A DNA stretch of 63,977 bases, counting the filler. It is 8 parts of 8 records of this genome, joined end to end, with 100 filler letters (N's around TTAATTAATTAA, not from the genome) between each part and the next. Parts side by side here need not be neighbours in the genome. Positions count along the whole stretch, not along the records: positions 21,824 to 37,011 come from SRR31147125_12350; 7 more parts are not named here. One strand, 5' to 3'. The position numbers and the translations under genes are program-made. Shown here piece by piece: positions 21,922-31,681 of this stretch (position 1 is the stretch's first letter; every line of letters starts with the position of its first letter). Below the pieces are notes generated by a model. The model did no database searches. It saw only the letters and a list, made by a program, of their open reading frames with translations, and was not told where the DNA came from.

Positions 21922-23343
21922 ATGAAAAAATATCTATTTAGCAGTTTGTTAATATCAGGATTTGTCATTAGTCTTAGTGGTTGCGGAAATACAGACGAAA
22001 AACAAACATCCACATATGTATATGCTGAAGCTAAAAATATTCATTCTGAACATGGAAAGCCTGATTTTGGAGATAAGCCTCCGCAAGATATGAATGGAAA
22101 TAGACCGTTAATGCCACCACCAGGGGAGTATAGCGGTTTTCATTCTGAAGAGGTAGTTGGGACTGCGGTATACTCCATACAAGGAAAAACTGATACACAG
22201 AAAAATAAAATAATAGACGCTGTTAAATCTAATCAATCAATAATAAAAGTTTCCAATGAAGGTGTTCTAACAATTTCTAATTCAACTTTATTAAAAAGTA
22301 AAGGCGATACTACTTCAAACGACAGTAGTAATTTCAATGGTTTAAATGCAGGTGTACTTGCAGAAAGTAGTTCTAAAATTCAATTATCTGATACGATTGT
22401 AAGAACAGATTCGGAAGGATCAAACGCTATATTTGCAACAGGTGAGAATTCAATAATTACATTAAAAAATGTCGTTATAGAGGCAAAACAGAATTCATCT
22501 AGAGGTATAGATGCAACTTATAATGGAACTGTCGAATCACATAATACAAACATAACTACAAGAGGAAAAAATAGTGCGGCTATCGCTACTGATAGAGGAG
22601 AGGGAACTATAAGAGTTGAAGGAGGAACTGCAACTACTTTTGGATCAGATTCACCTGGAATATACTCAACTGGAAATATTACTGTTTCACAAATGGAAAT
22701 CAATGCTTTTGATTCGGAGGCTGCTGTTATTGAAGGAAAAAACTCTATAACTCTAAACAATGTAGATATTACCGCCTATAAAAAAAGAGGAGTCATGTTG
22801 TATCAAAGTTTTTCTGGAGATGCAGGAGTTGGAACAAGTGTATTTACTATGAATGAAGGTAAACTTTATGCTAAAAGCGGTCCGATATTTTTCTCAACAA
22901 ATACGCAAACTATTATTAACTTGAACCAAGCAGAAATTTTGGGAGATTCAGGAATTTTATTAAACGTTTATGCTGATAGATGGGGACATGAAGGCTCTAA
23001 CGGTGCTGATGTTACTCTAAACAGTAAAAATGAAAAATTAAACGGAGATATCTTATGTGATGAATTAAGCACAATCATCCTTAACCTGGAAAGTACTTAT
23101 CTCAAAGGAAGTATCAATGCACTAAATTCAGCAAAGAAAATAACAATAAGTTTGGATGAAAAAAGTATATGGGAATTAAAAGACAACTCATATATCAATG
23201 ATTTTAATAATAAAGTAGATAATTTTTCTAATATAAAAGATAATGGAAATAATATTTATTATGATAAGAATTCTAGTGCAAATAAATGGCTTAAAGGAAA
23301 AGAGTATAAACTACCTAATGGTGGTCGATTAATTCCTTCTTAG
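21922..23343 (+). CDS. Lipoprotein with a beta-helix (pectin lyase/autotransporter passenger-like) domain
   Basis: Lipobox LSGC; Pro-rich linker; repeating T/S/G-rich strands (ITTRGKNSAAIATDRGEG, TTFGSDSPGIYSTG). Confidence 0.7.
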   Translation: MKKYLFSSLLISGFVISLSGCGNTDEKQTSTYVYAEAKNIHSEHGKPDFGDKPPQDMNGNRPLMPPPGEYSGFHSEEVVGTAVYSIQGKTDTQKNKIIDAVKSNQSIIKVSNEGVLTISNSTLLKSKGDTTSNDSSNFNGLNAGVLAESSSKIQLSDTIVRTDSEGSNAIFATGENSIITLKNVVIEAKQNSSRGIDATYNGTVESHNTNITTRGKNSAAIATDRGEGTIRVEGGTATTFGSDSPGIYSTGNITVSQMEINAFDSEAAVIEGKNSITLNNVDITAYKKRGVMLYQSFSGDAGVGTSVFTMNEGKLYAKSGPIFFSTNTQTIINLNQAEILGDSGILLNVYADRWGHEGSNGADVTLNSKNEKLNGDILCDELSTIILNLESTYLKGSINALNSAKKITISLDEKSIWELKDNSYINDFNNKVDNFSNIKDNGNNIYYDKNSSANKWLKGKEYKLPNGGRLIPS

Positions 23344-23367
23344 GATTTTATAAAGAAATAACTTAGA

Positions 23368-23402
23368 AAAATCAGCTCTTAAAATTTCAGAGCTGATTTT
23401 TT
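23368..23402 (+). terminator. Intrinsic terminator
   Basis: AAAATCAGCTCT...AGAGCTGATTTTTT. Confidence 0.75.
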
Positions 23403-23484
23403 ATTTTTTTATGCGATCCAGTTTATTTAACTAAATAATTATAATTAAGGAGTTTAAATCAGAAATTGTATACATAATTTTTTA

Positions 23485-23519
23485 TTGCATGTAATACTAA
23501 TTAGTAGTATAATCGATAT
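23485..23519 (+). promoter_or_regulatory. Sigma70 promoter with palindromic operator for marR
   Basis: TTGCAT-N17-TATAAT; perfect palindrome TACTAATTAGTA (23495-23506) in the spacer; ATG 6 nt after the -10. Confidence 0.7.
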
Positions 23520-23963
23520 ATGGATAAAAAGTTATATAGTTCAGAAGACTCGTTAAACTTAAAACTATTTTTAATATTAAACAGGTGTGCACACTCAGTT
23601 AATAAAAACATCTACCCAATTTTTAAAGCGGAGGGGATAACTGAATCGCAATTTGATGTTCTTGAATATTTATATCATGTAGGTGATTCCAGGATAAAAG
23701 ATATTATAGAAAAGACATTTTCAAGCGGTGGAACAATGACTGTCATAATAGATAACCTTGAAAAACGTCAGTTAATTGAGCGGAAAAAAGATCCGAGTGA
23801 TAGAAGGGCATATTTAATTAGTTTGTCTACAAAAGGTAGAGAGTTAATTGAGCACATTTTTAACCTTCATATTAAAAACTTAGAAGCAGTTTTTGGAGTT
23901 TTATCTGACCAAGAAAAATTAGAAGTTAGACAGATCTTAAAAAAATTAGGTAAATCACAGTAA
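23520..23963 (+). CDS. MarR family regulator (MhqR-like)
   Basis: GITESQFDVLEYL, SGGTMTVIIDNLEK and DPSDRR. Confidence 0.92.
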   Translation: MDKKLYSSEDSLNLKLFLILNRCAHSVNKNIYPIFKAEGITESQFDVLEYLYHVGDSRIKDIIEKTFSSGGTMTVIIDNLEKRQLIERKKDPSDRRAYLISLSTKGRELIEHIFNLHIKNLEAVFGVLSDQEKLEVRQILKKLGKSQ

Positions 23964-24042
23964 GGCGCATAGGCGTCTTATTTATGTGCAATAAATTTTA
24001 CAATGATTGTTTCCATATACTTATCAACTTAGGAGGTTTACT

Positions 24043-24261
24043 ATGAGTGAATTATCAGAAAATGGAAAAAGTAAAGAACTAAAATCTAAACTTGGAAATG
24101 ATGAAAACTCAAAAATGTTAAAGCTTCATAAAGAAGCTATCAGAGTTGAAAGAAAAAGATCCGTCAAATATGTACTTAATCATTTCATGAAATTAGGAAT
24201 TTTAGATGAAACAAATTATGAAAGATATCTAAATATATTTTTGCATGATTTAGATAATTAA
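24043..24261 (+). CDS. Small hypothetical protein (72 aa)
   Basis: AGGAGG RBS before ATG 24043; hairpin terminator near 24290-24320. Confidence 0.65.
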   Translation: MSELSENGKSKELKSKLGNDENSKMLKLHKEAIRVERKRSVKYVLNHFMKLGILDETNYERYLNIFLHDLDN

Positions 24262-24413
24262 GTTTTAGTTAAAAAACCAAAAAAAGACAGTCCCCTTCGA
24301 TTAAAATCAAAGGGGACTTTTATATATAACATCTGCATAAGGATAAGGGATTTTGGGATGGGATATAACCTTATGCAAATTGATTATATAACTTAATTTA
24401 AATAGATAAACTT

Positions 24414-25637
24414 TTATTCGTGTCTCAGTGCATCTATTGGATTAAGCTGTGCTGCTTTATTTGCTGGATAAGTTCCGAAAATTATTCCTATAGCAGCGGA
24501 TACTCCGAATGAAATAAGTAACATAACTGTACTTAATACCGGTTCAATACTTATGACATTTCCAATTATCATACTTGAAGTATAACCTAGTCCTATTCCC
24601 AAAGCACCACCTATAATTGTTAAGAATGCTGCCTCAATTAGGAACTGTACTAATATATCTTGATTTCTTGCTCCTAAAGATTTTCTAATACCTATCTCTT
24701 TCGTTCTCTCCGTCACTGTTACAAGCATAATATTCATTACACCTATCCCACCTACCAGAAGTGATATACCTGCCACTGCAGTCAACAGCAGTGAAAGGGT
24801 AGATAGTATCTCATTAAACGAATCAAGTCCTGAACTCTGTAAGCTTATCTGATAAACTTCCTCTTTGTCATGAGATCTCTCAAGATAAGTAACAATGTCC
24901 GCTGATATCTGATCTTTAACTGTTAAGTCATCAAACATAATTGTTATAGAAGATATTTCTTGGTCTTCTATGTACTCTTGGAACGTTGTGTATGGTACAT
25001 ATGGGAAGTACATCTCTCTTCCTCCCATAGTACTCATAAGTGCTTTCATTGGATGTTCAAACACACCAACTATCAGATAACTTTGCTTCTTAAGCTGTTC
25101 TCCTCTACCTACACTTATTTCAATTATTTCACCTGCAACATCTATTCTCCCGAATTTTCTCATTGCATATATATCATCAATTAATATAACTTTTTCAGCT
25201 TTCTTAACTTCCTCTTCTGTAAAACTACGCCCATATAGAATGTCAGTGCTCTCTAAAGTTTCAAAATCTTCTGTTGAAGTTGAAATTCTAGAAAATTTAG
25301 AACTCTTAGCGTCTTTACCTGGAAGCATTGCCCTAGTACTCATAGATGGAGTTACAGCTTGGACATTTCCTAAATTTTCGATATATTCTAAATTCTCTTC
25401 TGTAATATAATCCACTCTTTTTAAAATCTCATCATCTGACTGAACATTTATAACTGTTGACCTATCCAGGGCTTCAGTTAAATCTCCAGTGATCGAGTTT
25501 TGACTTCCTTTTCCAACCATCGAGATAATTATAACAGACGAAATCCCTATAATTATTCCCAACATTGTCAGAAGTGATCTGATTTTATTAGCTAGAAGGC
25601 TCTGCAAGGCAGATTTTAATGTTTCTATAATATTCAT
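24414..25637 (-). CDS. MacB/FtsX-family ABC permease
   Basis: RSLLTMLGIIIG, GGIGVMNIMLVTVTERTKEIG and PIDALRHE. Confidence 0.95.
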   Translation of the reverse strand: MNIIETLKSALQSLLANKIRSLLTMLGIIIGISSVIIISMVGKGSQNSITGDLTEALDRSTVINVQSDDEILKRVDYITEENLEYIENLGNVQAVTPSMSTRAMLPGKDAKSSKFSRISTSTEDFETLESTDILYGRSFTEEEVKKAEKVILIDDIYAMRKFGRIDVAGEIIEISVGRGEQLKKQSYLIVGVFEHPMKALMSTMGGREMYFPYVPYTTFQEYIEDQEISSITIMFDDLTVKDQISADIVTYLERSHDKEEVYQISLQSSGLDSFNEILSTLSLLLTAVAGISLLVGGIGVMNIMLVTVTERTKEIGIRKSLGARNQDILVQFLIEAAFLTIIGGALGIGLGYTSSMIIGNVISIEPVLSTVMLLISFGVSAAIGIIFGTYPANKAAQLNPIDALRHE

Positions 25638-25667
25638 TTTCTTCCTCCCAAACATTCATAAAATTTA

Positions 25668-26348
25668 CTAATATGAATTTCTTTCATCTTTTATAATCTC
25701 ACCATCTTTGAAGGTAACAGCTCTCTTACATGTAGCAGCTATTGCTGGTTCATGTGTTACCATAACTATTGTTACTCCTTCATTATTAAGCTCTCTAAAG
25801 ATTTCTATTATTTCCGCCTCTGATCTACTATCAAGGTTCCCTGTAGGTTCATCTGCTAAAATTATTGCCGGGTCATTAACTAATGATCTGGCTATTGCCA
25901 CTCTCTGTCTCTGTCCACCACTTAGTTCATTTGGTCTATGGTGTACTCTATCTCCGAGCCCAACTCTTTCAAGTGCTTTAATTGCTTTCTCATGTCTAAG
26001 TTTAGCATTTAATCCTGCATATATCATAGGTAGTTCTACATTTTGAAGAGCGGATAGTTTTGGTAATAAATTGAAAGATTGAAATACAAATCCAATTTTT
26101 TTGTTTCTAACACCTGCGATATCATTATCCTTAACTTTTGCGATATCTAATCCATCTAAATAAAAGTCACCAGAACTAGCTGTGTCAAGACAACCCAGGA
26201 TATTCATCATTGTGGATTTTCCACTACCACTACTTCCTATTATTGCTGTAAACTCCTCTTTTTCTATATGAAGGTTAATATTTTTCAATGCCTGAACTTC
26301 AATATCACCTGTTTTATATATTTTATTTATATTTTCTAGTTTAATCAT
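25668..26348 (-). CDS. ABC transporter ATP-binding protein (LolD/MacB type)
   Basis: [17 protein letters not shown] and DEPTGNLD. Confidence 0.96.
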   Translation of the reverse strand: MIKLENINKIYKTGDIEVQALKNINLHIEKEEFTAIIGSSGSGKSTMMNILGCLDTASSGDFYLDGLDIAKVKDNDIAGVRNKKIGFVFQSFNLLPKLSALQNVELPMIYAGLNAKLRHEKAIKALERVGLGDRVHHRPNELSGGQRQRVAIARSLVNDPAIILADEPTGNLDSRSEAEIIEIFRELNNEGVTIVMVTHEPAIAATCKRAVTFKDGEIIKDERNSY

Positions 26349-26416
26349 CTCTATTCCCTCCAAATTATTTCATAAAACAAATGTTTTATTTAACTTTGAT
26401 TTAAAAAATAATTCTA

Positions 26417-27901
26417 TTATGGTCTTGGACCTCCTCCTCCTGGTCCTCCTCCTCTTTCTTTCTCTTCTCCAACTTCACTTGTCATTCTATCAACCACATT
26501 TACCTTTGTACCAGGTCTTAATTTAGTTCCATTCATTACGATTTTCTCATCGCCATCTAAATTAAGAATTTCAGCTGTAGTTGTTGTTTTAATTCCAATT
26601 TCAACTTTCTTTTTTGACACTGTATTATCATCATTTAAAATTGTTATTATATTTTCACCATTTCTACTTGTTATTGCAAATGTTGGAATTGTTACTGCAT
26701 TATCTTTCTCACTTGTGATTATTTCTAAATCTACACTATAACCAGGTCTCAATTTAGAGTTTTCAGAATCAAAACTAACCTCTACTTCTACAACTACATC
26801 CTGATATCCACTTCCAGATTCAACAGTTGCAAGTGATGCAATCTTCTCAACTTTACCTGTAATATAGTTGCCTTCTCCTAGCGAATCAGATGTGATCTTA
26901 ACCTCTTGCCCTACAGCAACATCATTAATATCAGAACTTGTAACATTTGCAGTTATCACTTGCGACTCAATATCCGATATAGTCATTAAGCTTTCACTTG
27001 TATCTGACAAGAAATTTTCCTCAGCGTTTACCTCAGTGATTGTACCACTTACCGGACTTACTAGATATTCAACAGTTTTTTCTAATTCCTCTTGATAAGA
27101 TGCAATCTGAATCTCGTATTGCTTAATAGCTATTTCTGATCTTTTGATGTCATTTTTTCTCTTAACAATTTCCTCATCATATTCTTTAATTTCATTTTCT
27201 AGAGTTTTATTTGCAAATTCTAAATCTGTCATTGCAGTTGCTAAATCTATTTTATATTCTTTAATTTCCCACTCTTTTGTTTCTAAATCTTTTATAGATG
27301 TATCTTTTGCTTCCTCCGAACTATTTAATTCAGTCAGTGCGATTCCTTCCATATCAAAGAGTTTTTGGTTTACTTCAAATTCCTGAATATTGTTTTCAAG
27401 TTCTTTTTCAAGTGTTTCTTTTTCGATTTCTGCTATTCTTATTTTATCTCCATATTTCTCAATATCAGAAGTTAAATCTTTGATCTCTTTTTCAGCAGTT
27501 TCTATACTTATTTTACTCACTTTAAATTCATTTTCAGTTATTGAAAGTTTTTCTTCTTCTATTTTTAGTTTAACTGTTTCAATGTCTCTAAGCAGCTCAT
27601 TTCTCTCTTCAGGATCAAATATAATTAGTTTATCACCTTTTTTTACTGTATCATTTTCTTCAAATAATACTTCTTCGATTCGAAGCTCTCTACTTACGTA
27701 GATATCCTCTTCATTAGAAATTTCTATCTCTCCCTCAGCAGTAACACTTTGTACTAAATTTCCTTTCGAAGCTTGTTTAACTATTACATCTGTTATATTA
27801 TCTGAATTTGATCTCTTTGCTCCGCTAAAAAGGGTAATTCCCCCGCCAGCTAAAGCTGCAACAACTAATAAAACTATTATTTTCTTTTTCAATTTTCCCA
27901 C
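26417..27901 (-). CDS. Efflux periplasmic adaptor (MacA/HlyD-like) with a long coiled coil
   Basis: N-terminal TM, VKKGD lipoyl half, SPVSGTI, long coiled coil and LRPG. Confidence 0.88.
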   Translation of the reverse strand: MGKLKKKIIVLLVVAALAGGGITLFSGAKRSNSDNITDVIVKQASKGNLVQSVTAEGEIEISNEEDIYVSRELRIEEVLFEENDTVKKGDKLIIFDPEERNELLRDIETVKLKIEEEKLSITENEFKVSKISIETAEKEIKDLTSDIEKYGDKIRIAEIEKETLEKELENNIQEFEVNQKLFDMEGIALTELNSSEEAKDTSIKDLETKEWEIKEYKIDLATAMTDLEFANKTLENEIKEYDEEIVKRKNDIKRSEIAIKQYEIQIASYQEELEKTVEYLVSPVSGTITEVNAEENFLSDTSESLMTISDIESQVITANVTSSDINDVAVGQEVKITSDSLGEGNYITGKVEKIASLATVESGSGYQDVVVEVEVSFDSENSKLRPGYSVDLEIITSEKDNAVTIPTFAITSRNGENIITILNDDNTVSKKKVEIGIKTTTTAEILNLDGDEKIVMNGTKLRPGTKVNVVDRMTSEVGEEKERGGGPGGGGPRP

Positions 27902-27903
27902 CT

Positions 27904-29118
27904 CTATTTGATAATATTTAAATATTCGTTATATGCTATATAATATTCCGTATTTAGGTTAACTAATTCTAACTTACTTGTAATTACGTCATTTTTACTT
28001 GATAAATATGACTCTGTATCTAGATATCTATTCTCGTATCTGATAACATCTAATTTATACTTTTCATTTCTAGCTTCCACAAGTTTATTTTGTGCATCGA
28101 TCTGTTTTTCCAATTTTTCTAACTCATAGTATTTAGTTTTAAGCTCTAATACAGCTTCGTCAATATCATCTTTTTTGCTTAATTTTTGTATCTCATAACT
28201 ATTTTGAGCTTGCTTAACTTCATTTTTCGTTTCTCCCCAATCAAACAGTTCATATGATAAGCTAACTCCTGCTTTCCATTCCCATTCACCTAATGAATCA
28301 GCCAGCTCTTCGTCACTTGATGAGTATGAAAAATTAAAATCTAAATCAGGTAGATAATCAGCTTTTTGAATTTCTACGCTTTCAGCTAAAATCTTTTCAT
28401 TTAGCTCACCTATTTTGATATCAATATTATTCTCTTTTAACTCCTCACTGTCAGAACTGTAGTCAATCTCATCTGTACTAACATTTGGCATTTTTAATGT
28501 AATATCATTCCCAGTATACTGGATTGAGTTCTTAAGTTTCTCAAGTTGAACTTTATAGTTATTTTCTACTTCTATCAAGCTACTCTCCGTTTCGATTATT
28601 TCTGCTTCAAGTTCCAATAACTCATTTTTAGCTAAGAATTTATTAGCATATAAAACTTTTTGCTGCTTATACTGCTCCTCTAGTTCTTCAAGTGAAGAGC
28701 TATATATTTCAATTTGATTTTGATATTTTAAAGCATTCATATAGTAGCTTACAACTTCTAATTTCACACTTTCAATTTCACTTTGTAATTCCAAATTAGC
28801 TTTTTCCTGCTCAAGTTCAGATTTCTCAATTTGATTAGTTATCGCGTTTCCCGTGTATAAACTTTGTTTTATACTTACTGAATGGGTAAATGAATCTGTA
28901 TCCTCTGCTTTATTTGCACTTGATGACCAATCAAAAGTTGGTAGTTTTGATATTTTTGAATTCTTTAAATCTAAATCAGCATTTTCACTTTCAAGTTTCT
29001 TTTGCATAATTGTATTATTTGATTTTTCAGCCTGCTTTAGAGCATCTTGCAGCGATAACTCTGCAGAAAAAGCTGAACTAGATAATAATAACAATAGTGC
29101 GTAAATTTTCTTTTTCAT
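27904..29118 (-). CDS. TolC family outer membrane efflux protein
   Basis: Signal peptide; LSLQDAL and YLPDL...ELFDWG repeats; first gene of the efflux operon. Confidence 0.88.
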   Translation of the reverse strand: MKKKIYALLLLLSSSAFSAELSLQDALKQAEKSNNTIMQKKLESENADLDLKNSKISKLPTFDWSSSANKAEDTDSFTHSVSIKQSLYTGNAITNQIEKSELEQEKANLELQSEIESVKLEVVSYYMNALKYQNQIEIYSSSLEELEEQYKQQKVLYANKFLAKNELLELEAEIIETESSLIEVENNYKVQLEKLKNSIQYTGNDITLKMPNVSTDEIDYSSDSEELKENNIDIKIGELNEKILAESVEIQKADYLPDLDFNFSYSSSDEELADSLGEWEWKAGVSLSYELFDWGETKNEVKQAQNSYEIQKLSKKDDIDEAVLELKTKYYELEKLEKQIDAQNKLVEARNEKYKLDVIRYENRYLDTESYLSSKNDVITSKLELVNLNTEYYIAYNEYLNIIK

Positions 29119-29175
29119 AATTTAACCTCTCATCTATAATTTAGTAATTTTTACTTTATATCTCCTTACATAAAC

Positions 29176-29207
29176 AGTATACAAAATAAATATGAAAATT
29201 ATGTGAA
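29176..29207 (-). promoter_or_regulatory. TTCAYA-N5-TTCAYA direct repeat plus TATACT -10 upstream of tolC
   Basis: Minus strand TTCACA-N5-TTCATA, then 9 nt, then TATACT; same geometry as 21863-21894. Confidence 0.55.
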
Positions 29208-29344
29208 ATTTCATTAGCCAGCTAATTATATTTTTAATTCTATAAAATATATAGAATTTTTTCGTATTTTCAAAGGATATTAATTAATTTTGGGTAAATG
29301 ATATTGATACTTCAAAACTATTCAAACTTAAGGGAGGATAATAT

Positions 29345-30172
29345 ATGATTATTGAAAACAAAGAGTATAGCTCACCAGTTGAGATTGCTGATGGGGTTTT
29401 TTGGGTTGGATATTATGATGAAGAGGATGGTTTACATTGTAATCCATATCTTATTATAGAGGGAGACGAAGCTGTATTAATAGATGGTGGAAGTAGAAAT
29501 GACTTTAGTTCAGTTATGATTAAAATTTTACAAACAGGATTAAATCCGTCCAACATAGGTAATTTAATATTACAACATTACGACCCTGACTTATGCAGTA
29601 GTATTCCACATTTTGAAAAAATAATTGATAATCCAAATTTAAAAATTATCTCACATAAAGAAAATAATGTTTTTATAAAGTATTATGCAACTAAATCACC
29701 TAGACTTTGTGTAGACGAGCTTGGACTATCGTATAAATTCAAAACTGGTAGAGAATTAAAATTTTATAGAACTCCATACTGTCATTCCGCAGGAAGTTTC
29801 ATGACCTATGACACACAAACTGGCACCCTGTTTAGCAGTGACCTATTTGGATGTTATGGGCATGAATGGAGTTTATTAGTAGAAATAGAGGATGAATGTC
29901 ATGTTTGTACAGACTATAGTAACTGTGCATTTGGTAGAAGTACATGTCATATATATAAAATGATAAATTTCCATGAAAGAATAATGACTTCTGTAAAAGC
30001 TCTAAATTATGCCATGAATAAGATATCTGAAATAAAAAATATTAATTTAATTGCACCACAACACGGAAGTGCAATTTACAGAAAAAAAGATATAAATTTT
30101 ACAATTAATAAACTAAAATCACTAAGAAATGTTGGAATTGATAAAATGTGTGGTGAAAATTCCAATGAATGA
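29345..30172 (+). CDS. MBL-fold di-iron protein (ODP, oxygen-binding di-iron protein-like)
   Basis: HCNPYL, QHYDPD, TPYCH, FSSDLFG and APQHGS; stand-alone FprA-type lactamase domain without flavodoxin. Confidence 0.8.
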   Translation: MIIENKEYSSPVEIADGVFWVGYYDEEDGLHCNPYLIIEGDEAVLIDGGSRNDFSSVMIKILQTGLNPSNIGNLILQHYDPDLCSSIPHFEKIIDNPNLKIISHKENNVFIKYYATKSPRLCVDELGLSYKFKTGRELKFYRTPYCHSAGSFMTYDTQTGTLFSSDLFGCYGHEWSLLVEIEDECHVCTDYSNCAFGRSTCHIYKMINFHERIMTSVKALNYAMNKISEIKNINLIAPQHGSAIYRKKDINFTINKLKSLRNVGIDKMCGENSNE

Positions 30173-30872
30173 AAATAAAATGAAAAATGAAAAAATTAGA
30201 GATTACGCTATTCATTTTAAAACTTATAAAAAAAATGCAGAATTTTTTCTCTATCATTCGCAGTATTCCATTGAAACCTTTGCAAAGGATTATGATCACC
30301 AGATAGAGAAAGTCCTCTTAAAAGATCTACTAACAAAATATACTTTGTTAGCTAAACAATTAGAAGAAAAGATAGATGAGGTTACTAGACTCTCTATTAC
30401 TGATCAGTTAACCCAAATATACAACAGGCATAAATTAGTTGAAGAGATTGAAAAAGCTGTTAATTTAGTCCATAGATATGAAACTAAAATATGTCTTTCC
30501 CTTTTTGATATTGACCATTTCAAATCTGTTAATGACAATTACGGTCATGACATAGGAGACGTTGTTCTTAAATCTGTGGCTAAAATTGTAAAAGAGAGTT
30601 TAAGAAAAACTGATATTTTTGGAAGATGGGGAGGAGAAGAATTTATTATTGTAATGCCTGAAACCTCTTTAAAGTCTGGACTTCTTGCACTAGAAAAAAT
30701 AAGAGTTGCTATTGAAAACAATAGAGTTGAAAATGCTCCTAATATCACATGTAGCTTTGGTTTAGTAGAGTTACAGAAAGATGAGTCAACCGATTCTGCA
30801 GTGAAGAGAGTTGATACTTTACTATATGATGCCAAGGAAGGTGGAAGGAATAATATCAAATATGAAACTTAA
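30165..30872 (+). CDS. GGDEF diguanylate cyclase
   Basis: TDQLT, DIDHFKSVND, RKTD I-site and GGEEF active site; ATG overlaps the upstream gene end. Confidence 0.93.
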   Translation: MNENKMKNEKIRDYAIHFKTYKKNAEFFLYHSQYSIETFAKDYDHQIEKVLLKDLLTKYTLLAKQLEEKIDEVTRLSITDQLTQIYNRHKLVEEIEKAVNLVHRYETKICLSLFDIDHFKSVNDNYGHDIGDVVLKSVAKIVKESLRKTDIFGRWGGEEFIIVMPETSLKSGLLALEKIRVAIENNRVENAPNITCSFGLVELQKDESTDSAVKRVDTLLYDAKEGGRNNIKYET

Positions 30873-30880
30873 AACTAAAT

Positions 30881-30916
30881 AAAAAATCTGAGCAAATTGT
30901 ATGCTCAGATTTTTTA
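30881..30916. terminator. Bidirectional intrinsic terminator
   Basis: AAAAAATCTGAGCA...TGCTCAGATTTTTT between convergent genes. Confidence 0.8.
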
Positions 30917-31416
30917 ATTTATCTTTTCCCATTCAGACCTCATAAGTATCTGTCTATTATTTGTTAAATGGTCAGTTGCAAGAATTCCATCTAAATGATC
31001 AATTTCATGCTGAAAGAGCTCCGACATTTCATCAGAGAACTCCTCAATTTTCGTTTCGAACTTTTCATTTTGATATTTTATTTTAATGATTCTATTTCGT
31101 TTTACTTTTATAAAAAAGGATACATCAAAGCTATAACAACTATCCCAAACATCAAACTTTGCTGCACTTTGGTAAATTATCTTTGGATTAATCATTATTA
31201 TTTCCCTACCCTCTGAATTAAAGTAGATAACCTTTTTAAAATGACCAATTTGAGGAGCTGCTAATGCTCTACCAATTTTTTTGTATTCTGTAATGAAAAC
31301 AAAGTGTCTTTTAAATCTGTAATTACCTCTTTTAATTGTGGATCTTTTTTTAAAACTTCTTCAGATTTTTTTCTAAGTTTAGGATTTCCAATCATTAATA
31401 CATCTTTTATACCCAT
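30914..31416 (-). CDS. def: Peptide deformylase, variant motifs, frameshift near 31276-31282
   Basis: MIGNPKLR, GRALAAPQIG, INP, DSCYS and QHEIDHLDG, reconstructed across an A run. Confidence 0.85.
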
Positions 31417-31681
31417 CTATATCTTCCTTTCTAAGTTTAGTTTATAAAACTCTTATTAATAGTTATATACCACATTTCAAATTATCCTTCAAAATATATA
31501 CATTTACTATACTATAAGAAATCTATCTTAAGAATTAATTAAGTTTATTAAGTTAAAATTACTAACGTTTTTAGAAAGGTATTTGAATATTACTCAAAAA
31601 AGATTTTAACTACATGCGAGAAATGTTGTATAATACTCTGATAGGTATTTGAAGCAAACTAAACTGAAGGGAATGAATGAG

